Positions 50,074 to 53,571 of a DNA stretch of 53,571 bases are shown piece after piece. The position numbers and the translations under genes are program-made. Position 1 is the stretch's first letter, and each line of letters begins with the position of its first letter. Origin of the DNA: Thermostichus sp. DRC_bins_24 (GTDB taxonomy: Bacteria > Cyanobacteriota > Cyanobacteriia > Thermostichales > Thermostichaceae); contig JAUQVK010000072.1 of NCBI GenBank assembly GCA_039794845.1, forward strand, positions 1-53,571. The letters run 5' to 3'. The notes beneath the pieces were generated by a model. That model worked only from the letters and a program-made list of their open reading frames with translations. It was not told the DNA's origin and ran no database searches.

Positions 50074-50724
50074 ATGACAACCAAAACCGTGTTGGTGATT
50101 GACGATAGCATCATGATCCGCAAGATGGTGGCCAGCATTTTGGCCGATCAGTTCCAGGTGCTAGAGGCGAAAGACGGCATGATTGGCTTGGAAACCGCCA
50201 AACAGCATCATCCTGACCTGATTTTGTTGGATTTTGTCATGCCGAAGATGGATGGCTACGACACGTTGCAAGCGATTCGCCGCGAAGACAGCCTGAAAAA
50301 CACCCCCGTGATCATGATGTCGGGGCTGAAAGAACAGGTCACTTCCCGTGTTCCCGAACCCTTTGTCGGCTTTGATTTCATTGAGAAACCTTTTGAGGCG
50401 GATGTCCTGCTTTCGCAAATTCGTAGGGCCCTGCAGGTCACTCCCGTCGCTGCGTCAGAGCCGGGATCCGAAACCAATACACAACTGGTCTTGAACAAGC
50501 TAACGGCGATTGAAACCCTGCTTATCCAGGGCACTGAGAACCTCATTCAACGGGAGGTGGTCAGCCGGCTTTCCAGTCTCAACCAACACCTGGTTCGGCA
50601 GGAGGCCCGCAACGCTACTCTGGAGGCGCGAATCGACAAGCTCACCACCGAGGTGAAACGGCACACCCAAGGGTTGGCCCTGATCATCAATGAGCTGCGG
50701 CAAATTCGCAAATTGTTGGGGTGA
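50074..50724 (+). CDS. Response regulator receiver with a C-terminal coiled coil
   Basis: 'LVIDDS', 'LLDFVMP', 'IEKPF'. Confidence 0.88.
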   Translation: MTTKTVLVIDDSIMIRKMVASILADQFQVLEAKDGMIGLETAKQHHPDLILLDFVMPKMDGYDTLQAIRREDSLKNTPVIMMSGLKEQVTSRVPEPFVGFDFIEKPFEADVLLSQIRRALQVTPVAASEPGSETNTQLVLNKLTAIETLLIQGTENLIQREVVSRLSSLNQHLVRQEARNATLEARIDKLTTEVKRHTQGLALIINELRQIRKLLG

Positions 50725-50755
50725 TCTTGCGGTGATTTGGAGGACTGACCAAGGA

Positions 50756-51436
50756 ATGACCGAGCGCGCCTATCGCCATCTGGATGCGGTGACCGCCCTA
50801 TTTGTGGCGGTGTTGCTCATTTCCAATGTGGCCTCGAGCAAAATCTTGCTCTTGGGTCCCTTTACGTTTGATGGCGGTACCATTCTATTCCCCCTCAGCT
50901 ACATTTTCGGCGACATCCTGACGGAGGTATACGGCTACGCCCGCTCGCGACGGGTGATCTGGCTGGGTTTTATCGCGGCGGCCCTGATGTCGGTTACGTT
51001 TATGCTCGTCGGAGCCTTGCCTCCCGCTCCCGATTGGCCCTACCAGGCGGCCTACGACCAAATTTTGGGCCTTACCCCCCGGATTGTGCTGGCCAGCCTG
51101 ATCGCCTATTGGGCGGGAAGTTTTGCCAATGCTTATGTGCTGGCGCGCATGAAGGTGTGGACGCAGGGGCGCTGGCTGTGGACGCGCACGATCGGCTCCA
51201 CCTTGATTGGGCAGGCGGTGGATACGGGATTGTTCGTGGTCATTGCTTTTTGGGGGGTGTTTCCTGGGTTGGGGGGCTTGATCCTCTCCAACTACCTGTT
51301 CAAGTGTGGGGTTGAGGCCCTCTGTACCCCCCTGACCTACGCGGTGACCGACTGGCTGAAGCGCCAAGAGGGAGAGGACTGTTTCGATGTGGCAACCGAT
51401 TTCAATCCCTTCCGGCTCGAGTCGGCTGTCAAATAG
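50756..51436 (+). CDS. yhhQ: Queuosine precursor transporter (YhhQ family)
   Basis: 'LISNVASSK', 'FPLSYIFGDILTEVYG', 'RTIGSTLIGQAVDT'. Confidence 0.9.
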   Translation: MTERAYRHLDAVTALFVAVLLISNVASSKILLLGPFTFDGGTILFPLSYIFGDILTEVYGYARSRRVIWLGFIAAALMSVTFMLVGALPPAPDWPYQAAYDQILGLTPRIVLASLIAYWAGSFANAYVLARMKVWTQGRWLWTRTIGSTLIGQAVDTGLFVVIAFWGVFPGLGGLILSNYLFKCGVEALCTPLTYAVTDWLKRQEGEDCFDVATDFNPFRLESAVK

Positions 51437-51589
51437 AATCTCTGCGAGGGATCCCGATTTTGGTATAGTCAGAGCGTTATCACATCCTGCTGCTGGCGCA
51501 CATCGAGCCTGGTCAAACCCAGCACGAACCACTAGGGGTCGCCAGAAGTTTTCATCCAAGACTGAACATGGCATGGGGGGATCCGAATT

Positions 51590-51775
51590 ATGATGCTTAT
51601 TTTCCAAATTGCTCTGCTGGTGCTGGTGCTCTACAGCTTGCTGCTGGTGGTGGCGGTGCCCGTGCTCTACAGTTCTTCTAGCGACTGGAGCCGCGGTAAG
51701 AACGTGATTTTGGTGGGATCCCTGCTGTGGGTGTTGATGGTGATCGGGGTGGGACTGCTGAACTTCCTCAAGTAG
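51590..51775 (+). CDS. psbZ: Photosystem II protein Z
   Basis: 61 aa, two TMs, 'FQIAL...[12 protein letters not shown]...K'; adjacent to ribH. Confidence 0.9.
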   Translation: MMLIFQIALLVLVLYSLLLVVAVPVLYSSSSDWSRGKNVILVGSLLWVLMVIGVGLLNFLK

Positions 51776-51893
51776 GCGGGGACGGGATCCAACAGAAGGC
51801 TGAATAAGGCTGAATTAGGATGGGGAAGGCGCGGTCTTGCCGTGGCCTGGAACCCACTGATGGGTCTCTTACAGTCCGTCCGGAGCAGTGTAA

Positions 51894-52469
51894 ATGGCCG
51901 TTTACGAAGGAAATTTTGTTCAGACAGGGGAGCTGCGTCTGGCCATTGTCATCGGTCGGTTTAACGACTTGATCACCGGCAAATTGTTGGAGGGGTGCCA
52001 AGACGCACTGAAGCGGCACGGTGTGGATGTGGGCCCTGAAAGCGAGCAGGTGGACTACTACTGGGTGCCCGGTAGCTTTGAGGTGCCTTTACTGGCCCAT
52101 CAGCTGGCCCAATCCCACCGTTACGATGCGGTCATCTGCTTGGGAGCAGTGATTCGTGGCCAAACCCCCCACTTTGACTATGTGTCGGCGGAGGTTGCCA
52201 AGGGGATCGCCGCTGCCGGTTTCCGCACCGGGGTGCCGGTGATTTTTGGCATTCTCACTGCCGATACCCTGCAGCAGGCCCTGGAGCGAGCGGGGGTGAA
52301 GAGCAACAAGGGCTGGGAATACGCCATGAGTGCCCTGGAAATGGCCACCCTGATGCGCCAAGTTGCCCTCGTAACTCACAGCAACAAGGGCTCGGGATCC
52401 CGCCCACCTCTGCCGGCTGGAGCCGAGACTCTAAAATCGGGGGTTGCCTTAGATAGCTCCGCCTACTGA
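51894..52469 (+). CDS. ribH: 6,7-dimethyl-8-ribityllumazine synthase
   Basis: 'RFNDLIT', 'VPGSFEVP', '[14 protein letters not shown]', 'QALERAG'. Confidence 0.97.
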   Translation: MAVYEGNFVQTGELRLAIVIGRFNDLITGKLLEGCQDALKRHGVDVGPESEQVDYYWVPGSFEVPLLAHQLAQSHRYDAVICLGAVIRGQTPHFDYVSAEVAKGIAAAGFRTGVPVIFGILTADTLQQALERAGVKSNKGWEYAMSALEMATLMRQVALVTHSNKGSGSRPPLPAGAETLKSGVALDSSAY

Positions 52470-52760
52470 GCGAGTGACCCACTCCCGACGCTACGCCCCC
52501 ACCCAGCCAAGGCTCGCGGCGGAGGGAGGGAAGATTTGCGTCCTATTGGGGATCTATGGTCACTCCAAACAAGGACGATACACTTCCTGACTCCCCTCTC
52601 CCACTCTGGGAGAGAGGCTACCGCTAGTGCCACGCTGCACGAAAGGGGCGAGGGAGCTGTTTCAGCACTCCTCGACCCGCTGCTTCCGTTTGAGGAATCC
52701 GGGAAGATGCCCCAGAATGGGGGAGGTTATCCCAGTTATCAAATCTTGTCGCACCCCACC

Positions 52761-53571
52761 ATGAGCGAGAGTACCCCTCAAAATCCATCCTTACCGGAAA
52801 TGCCAGCTGAAATGACCTTAGCTGCAGATTCCCCCGTGGATCCCAGTTTGGAGGTGGAAGGTTCAGGATCTGCCCCGGAAGAACCCACTCAGGCCAAGGC
52901 CAGCAAGGGAGCCAAACGTGCCCGTCAGCTGCTGGGTATGAAGGGGGCGGAGGTAGACTCTCGCTCCATCTGGCAACTGCACTTGCAATTGATGAAACCC
53001 GTGACCTGGATTCCGTTGGTGTGGGGGTTGATCCCGGGGGCAGCTTCTTCCGGCCATTTCACCTGGACTTGGGAAAATGTTGGTTTGATCTTGGTGGGCA
53101 TGATCCTGGCCGGCCCCCTGATGACGGGTTACACCCAGACACTGAACGAATACTACGACCGCGAGATCGACGCCATCAACGAACCCTACCGACCGATCCC
53201 CTCCGGGGCGATCTCCTTGGGGCGGGTGGTTGCGCAAATTTGGGTGTTGCTGATCTTGGGGGTGGGGTTGGCCTACGGCCTTGACTGGTATACGGGCCAT
53301 GACTTTCCGGTGATCACCTGCATTGCGCTAGGGGGGGCTCTGGTGGCCTACATCTACTCCGCTCCACCCCTGAAGCTGAAACGCAACGGCTGGTTGGGCA
53401 ACTATGCCCTCGGGGCCAGCTACATCGCACTGCCCTGGTGGACGGGCCACGCCCTGTTTGGAGAATTGAACTGGACGGTATGCCTTCTTACCCTGATCTA
53501 CAGCTTGGCCGGCTTAGGGATTGCGGTGGTCAACGACTTCAAAAGCATCGAAGGGGATCAACAATTCGGCT
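52761..53571 (+). CDS. chlG: Chlorophyll synthase, 3'-truncated by the window edge (not in the ORF track)
   Basis: Manual translation from ATG 52761: 'ARQLLGMKGA...QLMKPVTWIPLVWG...DREIDAINEPYRPIPSG...YSAPPLKLK...NDFKSIEGD'. Confidence 0.96.
   Translation, partial: MSESTPQNPSLPEMPAEMTLAADSPVDPSLEVEGSGSAPEEPTQAKASKGAKRARQLLGMKGAEVDSRSIWQLHLQLMKPVTWIPLVWGLIPGAASSGHFTWTWENVGLILVGMILAGPLMTGYTQTLNEYYDREIDAINEPYRPIPSGAISLGRVVAQIWVLLILGVGLAYGLDWYTGHDFPVITCIALGGALVAYIYSAPPLKLKRNGWLGNYALGASYIALPWWTGHALFGELNWTVCLLTLIYSLAGLGIAVVNDFKSIEGDQQFG

Noticed and set aside
50725..50755. preQ1 riboswitch upstream of yhhQ
   Set aside because: The spacer is only ~30 bp and lacks the preQ1 stem and A-rich tail.

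Overview
A 53.6-kb window of a GC-rich cyanobacterial chromosome, most consistent with hot-spring Synechococcus/Thermostichus (inferred from gene content and the very frequent GGGATCCC palindrome). Most of it is core genome: rpoZ, ftsEX, gabD, lpxC-fabZ-lpxA-lpxB, ampG, plmA-like GntR, ribBA, JAB-MoaD-MoeZ, argH, ycf54, psbZ, ribH and a partial chlG. The first ~15.7 kb is accessory-rich: (1) the 3' end of a WYL-domain gene and an AT-rich GIDE-domain gene with a hairpin-dense upstream region; (2) an AT-rich low-light/far-red antenna cassette (apcD4-apcB3-isiX) lying between the permease and adaptor genes of an ABC exporter, in which isiX is frameshifted, apparently by a 16-bp microhomology deletion, and carries a C-terminal tail with recurring Y[E/Q] motifs; (3) a Tat-type ferritin-like + amicyanin-like cupredoxin + membrane-protein cluster; and (4) a 24-bp dispersed repeat found inside coding regions and as a six-unit tandem array. 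Also notable: a three-repeat Pho box upstream of a 5'-nucleotidase, a degenerate GTP cyclohydrolase II domain in ribBA, and a GG-Phe-capped sulfur carrier next to a JAB protease. No CRISPR array, tRNA, rRNA or intact transposase was seen. All calls come from reading motifs by eye; no database searches were run.
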